Assembly (NCBI GenBank): GCA_023660035.1
Contig: JAGXOF010000002.1
Span: 1-38,116 of the forward strand
Origin: Dehalococcoidia bacterium LH_S1
Lineage (GTDB): Bacteria; Chloroflexota; Dehalococcoidia; SZUA-161; SpSt-899
DNA length: 38,116 nucleotides
Direction: 5' to 3'
The position numbers and the translations under genes were made by a program. Of the stretch, positions 7,499-16,302 are shown one piece after another (positions within the stretch are counted from its first letter, which is position 1; every line of letters starts with the position of its first letter). The notes under the pieces are model-generated. The model saw only the letters and a program-made list of their open reading frames with translations. It was not told where the DNA came from and ran no database searches.

Positions 7499-8697
7499 AC
7501 AGCTACGACGTCTTGATAATCGGCGCGGGACCTGTGGGAAGCCAGGTGGCTTACAGGTTAGCCAGCCTGGGCTACAGGGTGGTGGTGATTGAAAGAGATG
7601 GGGAAGTTGGCAGTCATGTTTGCTGCACAGGAATTATTAGCAGGGAGTGTGTGGAGCTTTTTGACATAGATTCAAGCTGTATCTTGTGGGAAGCATCATC
7701 GGCGAAGGTTTTTGCCCCCTCAGGAGACTCTCTAAGGATCAGCAAGGACGATGTCCAGGCATATATTGTAGAACGTGCTTCGTTTGATTCTAGTCTGGCT
7801 GAGAGGGCTCAGAGGAAGGGAGCGGAATATGTGTTGAGCAGCCGGGTTACTGATATCTCGGTTTCAGATGATGGTGTTATGCTTCATCTTGAGGGTGGAG
7901 ATGGAGGAAGGTCTCTTAAAGGGAAAGCGGTGGTTATCGCCAATGGGTTTGGCTCCACATTGCCCAGCAAGTTGGGTCTGGGACGTATACAGGAGTTCAT
8001 TATAGGTGCTCAGACTGAGGTGCATACGGAAGGAGTGGACGAAGTTGAGGTCTACTTAAGCCATAGCATAGCACCAGGATTCTTTGCCTGGTTGGCTCCC
8101 GTTTCCACAAATAGGGCTCGAGCTGGGCTTTTTGCTCATGAGAAATCCAGGCCTCACATGAAATCCTTTCTGTCAGATCTTGCTTCGCGAGGGAAGGTCC
8201 GAGATGTTGAGGGGGTGGTTACATGCGGCGGGATTCCGCTCAAGCCGCTTGCCAGGAGCTATGGAGATAGGGTGTTGGTGGTGGGGGATGCGGCGGGGCA
8301 AGTTAAGCCCACAACTGGTGGAGGGATCTATTTTGGGCTCATCTGTGCTGATATTGCCTCGGGTGTTTTGGGGGAGGCTCTTGCTGCTGGTGATTTATCC
8401 GCCAGGATGCTTGCCCGATACGAGAGCTTGTGGAAGGAGAAGCTGAATCGGGAACTCAAAACCGAGTATCTGATTCGCAAGCTGTACAACAAGCTCTCAG
8501 ACAAGCAAATTGGGACCATATTTAAGGTTGTCAGGGAGAAGCACATTCATAGAAGTTTGCTTGATTCGCCGTCCCTATCATTTGACTGGCATGGCGAGCT
8601 TCTGCTCGAAGGGTTGAGAAGAGCGGGTTTCTGGCATGATATTACCAAGACGTATCTACCTGCCGGCGTTTGGGCTTATTTGCGAAAGGATGGCTGA
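7495..8697 (+). CDS. Geranylgeranyl reductase-family FAD-dependent oxidoreductase
   Basis: YDVLIIGAGPVGS dinucleotide-binding motif and GDAAGQVKPTTGGGIYFG motif. 400 aa. The ATG overlaps the preceding stop (ATGA). Confidence 0.75.
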   Translation: MNSYDVLIIGAGPVGSQVAYRLASLGYRVVVIERDGEVGSHVCCTGIISRECVELFDIDSSCILWEASSAKVFAPSGDSLRISKDDVQAYIVERASFDSSLAERAQRKGAEYVLSSRVTDISVSDDGVMLHLEGGDGGRSLKGKAVVIANGFGSTLPSKLGLGRIQEFIIGAQTEVHTEGVDEVEVYLSHSIAPGFFAWLAPVSTNRARAGLFAHEKSRPHMKSFLSDLASRGKVRDVEGVVTCGGIPLKPLARSYGDRVLVVGDAAGQVKPTTGGGIYFGLICADIASGVLGEALAAGDLSARMLARYESLWKEKLNRELKTEYLIRKLYNKLSDKQIGTIFKVVREKHIHRSLLDSPSLSFDWHGELLLEGLRRAGFWHDITKTYLPAGVWAYLRKDG

Positions 8698-8839
8698 CAA
8701 GTAAAGAGTCGGGTTTAGAATTATCTGACGTAGCCACGACATTTGATGATAGGCATTGAATCGTCCGATCGATAATTGTCGATTGCTTTGGTTGACATAA
8801 TGTTTAGTGTATTCTGTGTCACCACATTCCCACCAGGCA

Positions 8840-9400
8840 TGAAGGTGTGTCTTTGATCCTTGCCAAATCTACTTTTCGGAGACACTTTTATTGGAAGACT
8901 AAAACTTACTGTTGGATGGTAATTACTGAAATAAGGGACCGGCTGGAGCAGCTTAGGGCACTTGACAGCCGGCGTGAGAGCACCCTGAAATCTCTTGATG
9001 AACAAGGGCAGCTGATAGAGGTGTTGTCTCTATAGATAATGCCCTTGCCGGAGCACGTGATATCATTGCTGCGCCGACACTTCGTAAAGGGTGATAGTGC
9101 TGCCTCAATGCAGGTTTCTTTCTCCGTTAACAATAGTTATGCCAGGCTTATGGCCCCTTCCATAACGAAGCAGAACTACATTAAGGTCAGGGGGTGTGGG
9201 TGAAGTTAAACGAAGTGCACCAATCTGGTGCGGATCTGGTCGAGGTAACGGTAACACTTGCCGGGGTTTGATAACGCCAGGCACAATGGGTGTATGCTGT
9301 GTGCACCAACAGTTTGCTCATTTTACAGCGCATCCCTTATCCTGCCCAGACACTCTAAACGCACATTATCCCGCTGTCAACAAGCATGTCTGTAATCTAA
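8840..9400 (+). pseudogene. tex: Highly decayed remnant of tex (S1-domain transcription accessory protein); boundaries approximate
   Basis: Fragments lie in shifting frames. NLLFGDTFIGRLKLTVGW compares with [52 protein letters not shown] compares with [42 protein letters not shown] compares with AALDGARYIL of E. coli Tex as I recall it. About 0.55 kb remains of an expected 2.2 kb gene. Confidence 0.4.
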
Positions 9401-9412
9401 TCCAGATCCTGC

Positions 9413-10456
9413 TCACAAAATGAACATCCCATCCCCGAAACTATAGAACCGGTAACCACTACGAATGGCCTCCTCATAAGCCTGCAGGATCTTTTCCCTT
9501 CCGGCAAAAGCGCACACCAGCATAATAAGCGTCGAACGGGGCAGGTGAAAATTGGTGACCATCGCATCGATGACACGGAATCGGTAGCCGGGCAGAATGT
9601 AAAGGTCATTCCAGCCTCGAACGGACTGAATACCACCATCCGCCCCAGCAGCCCATTCCACAGCACGTACAGCTGTGGTTCCCACAGCAATAACCCTTTT
9701 GCCCTCCCGCCGGGCTTCGTTCAGCCTTTGTGCAGCACCGGACCCTATCTCACAGTACTCCTGGTGCAGCGTGTGCTCCCGGGGATCATCAACCTTGACC
9801 GGGCGGAAGGACCCCAACCCCACGTGAAGCGTAACGGATAGAAATTCCACCCCTTTACCCTCAAGGGTTCTCATCAAGTCCGGGGTGAAATGCAAACCGG
9901 CCGTCGGCGCAGCAACACTCCCTTTACTTCGTGAGTAGACTGTCTGATAGCGCTCGGGATCCTGCAGGGGAGCATGGATGTATGGCGGAAGTGGTACAAC
10001 TCCCATGTTCTCCAGCAATCCCTCGTTTGTAAACCTCAACCAAAATGTACCATCCTCATCCTTCGATAGGACCTCCGCCTTAACCTCACCACTCTCGCTC
10101 TCCGACTCAAACTCAACTAATGTACCTTCTCTGAGCCGTTTCCCGGGCTTTGCCAGCGTTTCCCAAATCCCTTCATCTACCCGGTTTAAGAGAACTATCT
10201 CAACCTTACCCCCACTGGACTTATGCCCCATCAACCTGGCCGGTATCACCCGGCTGTCATTTACCACCAGCACATCGCCAGCGCCAAGATATTCCGAGAT
10301 CTCGAAGAAACGACGGTGTTCGATACAGCCTGTTTCACGGCGGAGGACCATCAACCGTGATTGGTCTCTCGGCTCAATAGGGGTTTGAGCGATCCGGTCG
10401 GTGGGCAGTGTATAGTCGAAATCAGAGGTTCTCATGCGGTAAGTTTTATGGTTCAA
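9413..10456 (-). CDS. queA: S-adenosylmethionine:tRNA ribosyltransferase-isomerase
   Basis: DFDYTLPTDRIAQTPIEPRDQSRLMVL, VLVVNDSRVIPARL, LPPYI, AAPTAGLHFT and LHVGLGSFRPV motifs. 347 aa. Confidence 0.93.
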   Translation of the reverse strand: MNHKTYRMRTSDFDYTLPTDRIAQTPIEPRDQSRLMVLRRETGCIEHRRFFEISEYLGAGDVLVVNDSRVIPARLMGHKSSGGKVEIVLLNRVDEGIWETLAKPGKRLREGTLVEFESESESGEVKAEVLSKDEDGTFWLRFTNEGLLENMGVVPLPPYIHAPLQDPERYQTVYSRSKGSVAAPTAGLHFTPDLMRTLEGKGVEFLSVTLHVGLGSFRPVKVDDPREHTLHQEYCEIGSGAAQRLNEARREGKRVIAVGTTAVRAVEWAAGADGGIQSVRGWNDLYILPGYRFRVIDAMVTNFHLPRSTLIMLVCAFAGREKILQAYEEAIRSGYRFYSFGDGMFIL

Positions 10457-10498
10457 CGTTCAGGGTTTATCTCTGCAGCGGACTTTAGTGAAACAGGA

Positions 10499-11833
10499 CT
10501 AAAGGCCAGGGATGGGCATTTTCGGCATCTTCTTGCCGGAACCCATCTGCTTCATCAGCTTCTGCATCTGCCGAAACTGGTTAAGCAACTGGTTCACATC
10601 CTGGGGGGTCATTCCGCTGCCGCGCGCAATGCGCCGCCGGCGGCTCCCGTCGATTATCTCAGGGGAGTGGCGTTCTTCAGGGGTCATCGATTGAACGATG
10701 GCTTCCGCGCCTTTCAATTTACTTTCGTCCAGGCTCACATTGGCCGGCATGTTTTTCATCATTTTGGACCCGCCGGGGATCATATCCATAAGCTGGCTCA
10801 CAGGGCCCATCTTCTTCACCTGCTGAAGCTGCTCCAGAAAATCCTCCAGGTCGAACTTTGCATGCTTTACCTTCTTTTCCAACTCCTCTGCCTTCTTCTG
10901 ATCGACAGAGGCCTCCGCCTTCTCGATAAAACTGAGCATGTCGCCCATGCCCAGAATGCGCGAGGCCATGCGGTCGGGATAAAAGGGCTCAAGGGCATCA
11001 AGTTTCTCGCCGGTGCCGACGAACTTTATAGGAACGCCTGTCACGGAGGTAAGGGACAGCGCTGCTCCACCGCGGGCGTCGCCATCCATCTTGGTAAGGA
11101 TAGCACCTGTTAGCCCCACCCTGTTATAGAACTCCTCGGCTATTCTCACAGCCTCCTGACCGGTCATGGCATCCGCAACAAGCAAGACCTCGGTAGGGTG
11201 AAGCATTTTCTTAATGCGCTCCAGCTCATCCATCAATTCTTCGTCGACATGAAGTCGGCCAGCGGTATCCAGGATTATCGTAGTAGCAGCTACATCTTTA
11301 GCCCGCTTTGAGGCCTCTTTGCAAATCGCCTTCACGGACTTTGTCTCCTCGTTTATGTAAACCGGCATGTCGAGCTGCTTTCCCAGCGACGCCAGCTGGG
11401 TGGTGGCGGCTGGGCGATAGGGATCAGCGCCAACCAGAAGCGACTTCTGTCCGCCCTTTCTGAGGTTGAGGGCAAGCTTGGATGCAGTGGTGGTTTTACC
11501 GGTTCCCTGCAATCCTACCAGCATAATCACAGTAGGAGGACTGTCGGCATTAACGAGCTTGTTCTGCCCACCGCCCAGCATTTTGGTGAGTTCTTCATTG
11601 ACGATCTTTACCACCTGCTGAGCAGGGCTCAAGCTCTCCAGGACATCCGTCCCCACAGCACGCTCACACACCCTGGCAACGAACTCCTTAGCTACCTTAA
11701 AATTTACGTCGGCCTCAAGAAGCGCTCGACGTACCTCACGTAGCGCCTCATCGACATCCTTCTCAGTAAGCTTTCCCTTGCCACTAAGTCTCTTAAAGAC
11801 GGAGTTTAGTTTTTCCGATAACGAGTCAAACAT
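10499..11833 (-). CDS. ffh: Signal recognition particle protein Ffh (SRP54)
   Basis: MFDSLSEKL...LREVRRALLEADVN, GLQGTGKTTT P-loop, DTAGR, and the Met-rich M domain at the C-terminus. 444 aa. Confidence 0.95.
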   Translation of the reverse strand: MFDSLSEKLNSVFKRLSGKGKLTEKDVDEALREVRRALLEADVNFKVAKEFVARVCERAVGTDVLESLSPAQQVVKIVNEELTKMLGGGQNKLVNADSPPTVIMLVGLQGTGKTTTASKLALNLRKGGQKSLLVGADPYRPAATTQLASLGKQLDMPVYINEETKSVKAICKEASKRAKDVAATTIILDTAGRLHVDEELMDELERIKKMLHPTEVLLVADAMTGQEAVRIAEEFYNRVGLTGAILTKMDGDARGGAALSLTSVTGVPIKFVGTGEKLDALEPFYPDRMASRILGMGDMLSFIEKAEASVDQKKAEELEKKVKHAKFDLEDFLEQLQQVKKMGPVSQLMDMIPGGSKMMKNMPANVSLDESKLKGAEAIVQSMTPEERHSPEIIDGSRRRRIARGSGMTPQDVNQLLNQFRQMQKLMKQMGSGKKMPKMPIPGL

Positions 11834-11849
11834 TTTTATTCACTGATTT

Positions 11850-11878
11850 ATTCTAACTGAGGGCAGAGAGACTATCAA
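11850..11878 (-). promoter_or_regulatory. Candidate promoter for ffh-queA
   Basis: Minus strand reads TTGATA (11878-11873)-N17-TAGAAT (11855-11850), only 16 nt upstream of the ATG. No obvious SD lies in between. Confidence 0.45.
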
Positions 11879-11941
11879 GGCTTAAAGGACGCTGTACTCA
11901 GATTGAAGGGAAGGCGCAACCTGTGATATAGTATTTTGTGT

Positions 11942-12015
11942 GTCCCTGTAGCTCAACAGGACAGAGCGACTGCCTTCTAAGCAGTAGGTTCTGGGTTCGA
12001 GTCCCAGCAGGGATG
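11942..12015 (+). tRNA. tRNA-Arg (anticodon TCT)
   Basis: Acceptor GTCCCTG/CAGGGAT, D arm GCTC...GAGC, anticodon stem ACTGC/GCAGT with loop CTTCTAA, T arm CTGGG-TTCGAGT-CCCAG. CCA is not encoded. Confidence 0.9.
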
Positions 12016-12159
12016 CTCTGAAGATGAGCGACCAACTGCCTAGGTTAAGCAAACAGCTATAAAGGGAAGCTAGCAACGACCGACTGCTTAAATCAGAAAA
12101 ATAAATCACAGGGCCGACCGCAATGGAAGTGATATACAAGTTAACGCGCCGACCAATGC

Positions 12160-12188
12160 TTGACAGTTTAGGCTATTTGCACTACAAT
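12160..12188 (+). promoter_or_regulatory. Near-consensus sigma70 promoter for the bifunctional nuclease gene
   Basis: TTGACA (12160-12165)-N17-TACAAT (12183-12188). A 13-nt palindrome TTGTGATTCACAA follows at 12198-12210. Confidence 0.55.
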
Positions 12189-12225
12189 TCTAAACGCTTG
12201 TGATTCACAATGTAGAAGGTGAAAT

Positions 12226-12807
12226 ATGTTGGAAATGAGTATCGAAAGCCTGAGAGTAAACAGTGGGGGGAATCAATACGTAGTGATATTACAGCAGAAC
12301 GACAGCAATCGGGGTTTGCCCATCTGGATTGGGCCAGCAGAAGCCAATGCAATAGCCCTGGAACTGCAGGGCGCTAAACCACCAAGGCCATTGACACATG
12401 ATCTATTGATTTCAGTAATGGACAATCTGGGAGCCTCCCTGGGCTCAATAATAGTCTCTGATATCCGGGAGGAGACATTCTATGCCAGGCTACTCCTTAA
12501 TACAGACTCAGAACAACTCGAGCTGGACTCCAGGCCCAGTGATGCCATGGCACTAGCTGTTCGAGCTAATGTCCCTATCTACGCTGAAGAAAGCGTACTT
12601 GATCAGGCAGGCGTTTTGATAGATTCCGAAACAGGGAACGTCCTCCCCCGCGAGGAGAACGAGAGCTCAGGCTCGCCACAGGAACAGGAGTCACTGGACC
12701 TCTCGGCCTTCCGCGATGTTGTGGAGAGGCTCGATCTTGATCAACTTGACAGGAACAAGCGGCATCAGGGAGACCAGGGAGACCAGGGAAATCAAAACAA
12801 CGGGTAA
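12226..12807 (+). CDS. Bifunctional nuclease (BFN/DUF151) family protein
   Basis: LPIWIGPAEANAIALELQGAKPPRPLTHDLL and RPSDAMALAVRANVPIY motifs. The C-terminal tail is low-complexity (QGDQGDQGNQ). Confidence 0.75.
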   Translation: MLEMSIESLRVNSGGNQYVVILQQNDSNRGLPIWIGPAEANAIALELQGAKPPRPLTHDLLISVMDNLGASLGSIIVSDIREETFYARLLLNTDSEQLELDSRPSDAMALAVRANVPIYAEESVLDQAGVLIDSETGNVLPREENESSGSPQEQESLDLSAFRDVVERLDLDQLDRNKRHQGDQGDQGNQNNG

Positions 12808-12861
12808 CCCCGAAGAGATGCATATTAAGGGCTTCACCGAAAAACCCGAGAGGAGACAGGG

Positions 12862-13392
12862 ATGATTAAACCATTTGACGGGAAGACCCCTCAGATATCT
12901 GAGTCGGCCTTCATCAGTGAAGGTGCATATATCATCGGCGATGTTGAGATAGGCGATGACTCCAGTGTGTGGCCAGGAGCCGTTATCAGGGGCGACCTCG
13001 GCAAGATCACTATAGGCAGGAATACAGCCGTCGAAGACAATTGTGTTATCCACTCAGGCTCTCCGTCTGTCCCCACACAGGATGTCACCATCGGAGACGA
13101 GGTACATATTGGTCATGGGGCAGTTCTCAATAATCGAAGCATTGGTAATAACGTCCTCATTGGCATGAATGCTACCATTCTCCATGACGCCGAAATCGGC
13201 AACTTCTGCATTATCGGTGCCGGCTGCCTGGTCCCGGAGGGGATGAAAATAGCGGATAATTCCTTCGTTGCCGGCGTTCCCGGGAAAATCAAAGGGCAAG
13301 TGTCCGAACAACAAACCTTCTGGATAAAGGAAGCACCGCAGGCCTATAATCGTCTCGTTGAACAGTATAAACAGGAAGAAAATAAGGTCTGA
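12862..13392 (+). CDS. Gamma-carbonic-anhydrase-like / hexapeptide-repeat (LbH) protein
   Basis: Left-handed beta-helix hexapeptide repeats (IGDVEIGDDSSVWPGAVIRGD...IGHGAVL...). 176 aa, typical of the YrdA/PaaY family. Confidence 0.8.
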   Translation: MIKPFDGKTPQISESAFISEGAYIIGDVEIGDDSSVWPGAVIRGDLGKITIGRNTAVEDNCVIHSGSPSVPTQDVTIGDEVHIGHGAVLNNRSIGNNVLIGMNATILHDAEIGNFCIIGAGCLVPEGMKIADNSFVAGVPGKIKGQVSEQQTFWIKEAPQAYNRLVEQYKQEENKV

Positions 13393-13417
13393 ACGACTGA
13401 GGCACAGTTAATAGGCT

Positions 13418-14359
13418 TTATCTCATCCGAACTTGCGCAATCCTCCCACCCCACTCAGAAATTACATTGATTTCACCGCGGGCATACGCTTGATGCCAAC
13501 CCTTGGGAAGGGGTAATTTCTCATACCAGAGGGTTCTGTCAGCCTCAAGGAGATTGCGGGGGACTCCCATGAAGTCAGCCACACAAACAACCCTATGCCT
13601 GGCAAAAGAAGATACATGATTCAGCCACTCTGCCCCTTTTATGGAGCGCATCAGGTGATGGTCAAGGATCAGGATATCTACCTCTTCAGCCAGACGCAAG
13701 GTCCGGCGCAAGGCATCTTCTTGCTCCTGCAAAGTCAAACTTGCCAAATAAATAGGAGGTCCGGAGGCAAGCACTGCGGTCGGATGCCAGGCAATGATTT
13801 GAGCAATCGACTCATCGTTAAGCATCTGAATGTCCGAAGCATGGACGAATACTTCCCCATCCTCTTCAATCCTGGTCATCATAACATTGCCGCCCCGGCC
13901 GCCCGGCTTACCATGAGGGACAGGGAGGGAAAAAGCCAGAGGCCCGTCTTCCGTCCCCTCAGCACTGACCAGAACTCGGTCAAGGTTTTTAGCCAGAGCC
14001 CTGGCCCGATGAGCCTGATTGGACGAGAGGTCCTGGGTCCCCTTCGTCCATAGTCTGGGGGATTTACACAAGTCGGCCACCCTTCTTAAAGGAAGCTGAT
14101 ATGGATTGGCATCAACCAGCGGAACGTGATCGCCGTGATAATGACTGATAACTATATCGGTGGCGTCCTTCAAGGCCTCTTCGATAAGTCTCCTGGTCCT
14201 TTCCGAAGCTATCACCTGCACCGGATGAGGCATCAATCCATGACGGCTAAACCCCAGCGCCACGCCGGGGTCGATAACAACGGTGCGGTCCTTCGCCCTG
14301 ACTACACAACACAGCCCACGAACCCCTAACGACTCCGCACCGAGTACCTCTACCTTCAT
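13418..14359 (-). CDS. MBL-fold metallo-hydrolase (archaeal UPF0282-like)
   Basis: ISHYHGDHV metal-binding motif. I place the start at the MKVEVLG ATG (14359), preceded by GAGAGGG, rather than the upstream alternative at 14398. Confidence 0.7.
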   Translation of the reverse strand: MKVEVLGAESLGVRGLCCVVRAKDRTVVIDPGVALGFSRHGLMPHPVQVIASERTRRLIEEALKDATDIVISHYHGDHVPLVDANPYQLPLRRVADLCKSPRLWTKGTQDLSSNQAHRARALAKNLDRVLVSAEGTEDGPLAFSLPVPHGKPGGRGGNVMMTRIEEDGEVFVHASDIQMLNDESIAQIIAWHPTAVLASGPPIYLASLTLQEQEDALRRTLRLAEEVDILILDHHLMRSIKGAEWLNHVSSFARHRVVCVADFMGVPRNLLEADRTLWYEKLPLPKGWHQAYARGEINVISEWGGRIAQVRMR

Positions 14360-14487
14360 CACAATCCCTCTCTGACCGCAAATGTATGCTAACACCAATC
14401 ACCGGCAAGGGCAAAGCTATCCCCTTTAACCAGCATAGAAAATATGGTACGGTATGACAGACCGGAGGCAATAAAGGTTCGTAAAGA

Positions 14488-14718
14488 ATGATAACCATAA
14501 AGTGTGCCAAATGTAATGGCAAAGTGTTTAGATATGTGAAGGTGGGGAAAGGGCGATTACTGCACTGCTGGAAGGGCCGGATAATGAAGGATTTCAGCAT
14601 CCGCGATGAGAACAAAGTCAGGTGTCAATGCGGCAATCTGATCGGCATTGATGAAGGGAAATGGATCAAGATGAAGCAGCACTCCTTCATTTACTCGGGA
14701 ACGCGAACAAGAGGATAG
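14488..14718 (+). CDS. Hypothetical small zinc-ribbon protein
   Basis: 76 aa with CAKC...CQC Cys pairs. No family recognised. Confidence 0.45.
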   Translation: MITIKCAKCNGKVFRYVKVGKGRLLHCWKGRIMKDFSIRDENKVRCQCGNLIGIDEGKWIKMKQHSFIYSGTRTRG

Positions 14719-14783
14719 AGTACCACAGTGAAATTATTCAGAACTTGCCTCCCAGGGATCCGAAAAGGAAAGGAGTACCCCGA

Positions 14784-15338
14784 ATGGAAATCACGAAGAA
14801 AGAGGCGGTTTTTGAGGGACGGTATATAGAGTTCGTCAATAAGTGGTTCAGAACAATCAACGGAGAGGAAGGGATTTGGGAAACGATAGAGAGGAAGAAT
14901 GTCTATAATAGAGGAGCGGTGATTATCGTGCCTCTGACCGGGGAAGGAGAATTCATCCTGGAAAAGAACTGGAGAGCTCCTCTTGAATCATCTGTTATTC
15001 AATTCCCTGCCGGACTCAGTGACAAGGAAGGGGAAACCGAAGAGGAAACCGCCAGGAGAGAACTGTTAGAGGAAACAGGGTACAGAGCTGACAAACTCAT
15101 CCCCGTTATTCCGACACCCCTTTGCCCAGCCCTGACCCCTACCAGAGCCATGCACTTCTTCGCTCCTGAAGTTGAATTTACAGGGAAGGAAGGAGAAGAC
15201 GACTTTGCGGAAATCGAGGTTTTAAAAATCCCGGCTAATGAACTGGGCGAGTTTCTGCTGACTTTGCCCGAGGACACAGAGCTGGATATAAGAGTGCCGG
15301 GCATACTATGGGTCCTGCAGAAGAAAAACCTGATTTGA
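14784..15338 (+). CDS. NUDIX hydrolase (ADP-ribose pyrophosphatase-like)
   Basis: Nudix box GLSDKEGETEEETARRELLEETGY. The ATG at 14784 is preceded by AAAGGAAAGGAG. The upstream part of ORF 14661.. overlaps the previous gene. Confidence 0.82.
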   Translation: MEITKKEAVFEGRYIEFVNKWFRTINGEEGIWETIERKNVYNRGAVIIVPLTGEGEFILEKNWRAPLESSVIQFPAGLSDKEGETEEETARRELLEETGYRADKLIPVIPTPLCPALTPTRAMHFFAPEVEFTGKEGEDDFAEIEVLKIPANELGEFLLTLPEDTELDIRVPGILWVLQKKNLI

Positions 15339-15370
15339 TATAAAGTGGCTACCGTGTGAGCTAATAAAAG

Positions 15371-15562
15371 TTAAGGCCTTCTGTCTATGGTTCCACTCCG
15401 GCTGATTTTGCCGATCGCATGCGGAAATACCTTAACATAGTTCCCGATATCGGTCTCGTTTACCTGCTCTGCCGGCTTGTTATAGTACTGAGCTACCGTC
15501 ACCTTGAGTTGCCTCTGTTGTTTATCGGTCAAATCCTCATATTCATCTTTCCAATCCTCCAT
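15371..15562 (-). CDS. Hypothetical acidic 63-aa protein
   Basis: ORF with GGAGGG RBS, last gene of a minus-strand string. No family recognised. Confidence 0.4.
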   Translation of the reverse strand: MEDWKDEYEDLTDKQQRQLKVTVAQYYNKPAEQVNETDIGNYVKVFPHAIGKISRSGTIDRRP

Positions 15563-15581
15563 ATCCCCCTCCTTTTACAAT

Positions 15582-15797
15582 TCACATAGGCTTTACCCAT
15601 ATAGCATTAAAAGGGCAAGCCTCGGAGCAATCACCGCAGCCCAGGCACAAGTCCGGCGACTTGAGCATCGGAGGATCATATGGTTCCTGCTGTCTGAGCA
15701 CTCTCAGATCACACACAGACACAGCAACACAAACCCCGCCGTCGCACTTCTCGGGCATGCATTTTTGGAAATCTACCACTGCTCTGGGTTTTGGCAT
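15582..15797 (-). CDS. Small 4Fe-4S ferredoxin-like protein
   Basis: CMPEKCDGGVCVAVSVC plus CLGCGDCSEACP cluster motifs. 71 aa. The start overlaps the upstream stop (TAATG). Confidence 0.6.
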   Translation of the reverse strand: MPKPRAVVDFQKCMPEKCDGGVCVAVSVCDLRVLRQQEPYDPPMLKSPDLCLGCGDCSEACPFNAIWVKPM

Positions 15798-16057
15798 TAA
15801 CTACTTCCCCTAACCTCTGTCTCCCCCTCCATTCCTTTTAATTCCTCAAGCATCCAGTCCATTTCAGAAACAGGGCTCTTCCCTTTAGTAATCTGGTCAA
15901 GAGGAACCCTCAACCTGGAACCTACAAGCCCATCAAATTTTTCCTCCAGGTCCTCCAATTGCTCCCACTGCCATTCCCGAACCGTATGAGCAGGCCAATG
16001 CCCTCTAAGCTCTTCTATCTCCTTCTCAAGCCGGCGAACTCCTTCATTATTGCTCAT
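15797..16057 (-). CDS. Hypothetical 86-aa coiled-coil protein (HWPAH motif)
   Basis: ORF with AGGAGG RBS. The LRGHWPAHTV string recurs in small, often mis-annotated proteins of anaerobes, as I recall. Confidence 0.45.
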   Translation of the reverse strand: MSNNEGVRRLEKEIEELRGHWPAHTVREWQWEQLEDLEEKFDGLVGSRLRVPLDQITKGKSPVSEMDWMLEELKGMEGETEVRGSS

Positions 16058-16302
16058 TTTTTATCCTCCTGTCTCGTTTCTTCCCCTTACTCCGCCTGTC
16101 CCTCTCCTTTTCTTGTTTGTTCCCCAAATACCCTTCTCCTCCCTTATTCTATCCACATTGTTACCCCTAATTTCAACTGCCTGAGTGATAGTGTCCATCT
16201 CTACCAGGACGCAAATAAACTGCTTTAACAAATTCGGCAAACCCGGACCAAATTCTCTGCCCGGGGCCGCAACAAAAACATTAACGCCCGTCTACCAAAA
16301 CC

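Noticed and set aside
9130-9300. Possible SRP RNA or other ncRNA near ffh (strings GAAGCAG and AAGGTCAGG)
   Set aside because: The motifs are in the wrong order and spacing for the conserved SRP domain IV. I could not build the helix 8 structure. No RNase P, tmRNA or 6S hallmarks either.
8721-9423. ORFs 8721..9005 (-), 8847..9035 (+), 8906..9133 (-) and 9196..9423 (+) as real genes
   Set aside because: No RBSs and mutually overlapping. Their content is better explained as frame fragments of a decayed tex gene.
10361-11113. 250-aa plus-strand ORF
   Set aside because: It lies entirely antisense to ffh. Its low-complexity H/L-rich translation is typical of the reverse frame of a real gene.
13418-14398. 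Upstream alternative start at 14398 for the MBL hydrolase
   Set aside because: The first 13 codons lack an RBS. The MKVEVLG start at 14359 has GAGAGGG at proper spacing and matches the usual N-terminus of this family.
14661-14783. N-terminal extension of the NUDIX ORF
   Set aside because: It overlaps the preceding zinc-ribbon gene and lacks an RBS. The internal ATG at 14784 has a strong AAAGGAAAGGAG RBS and gives a normal-sized NUDIX protein.
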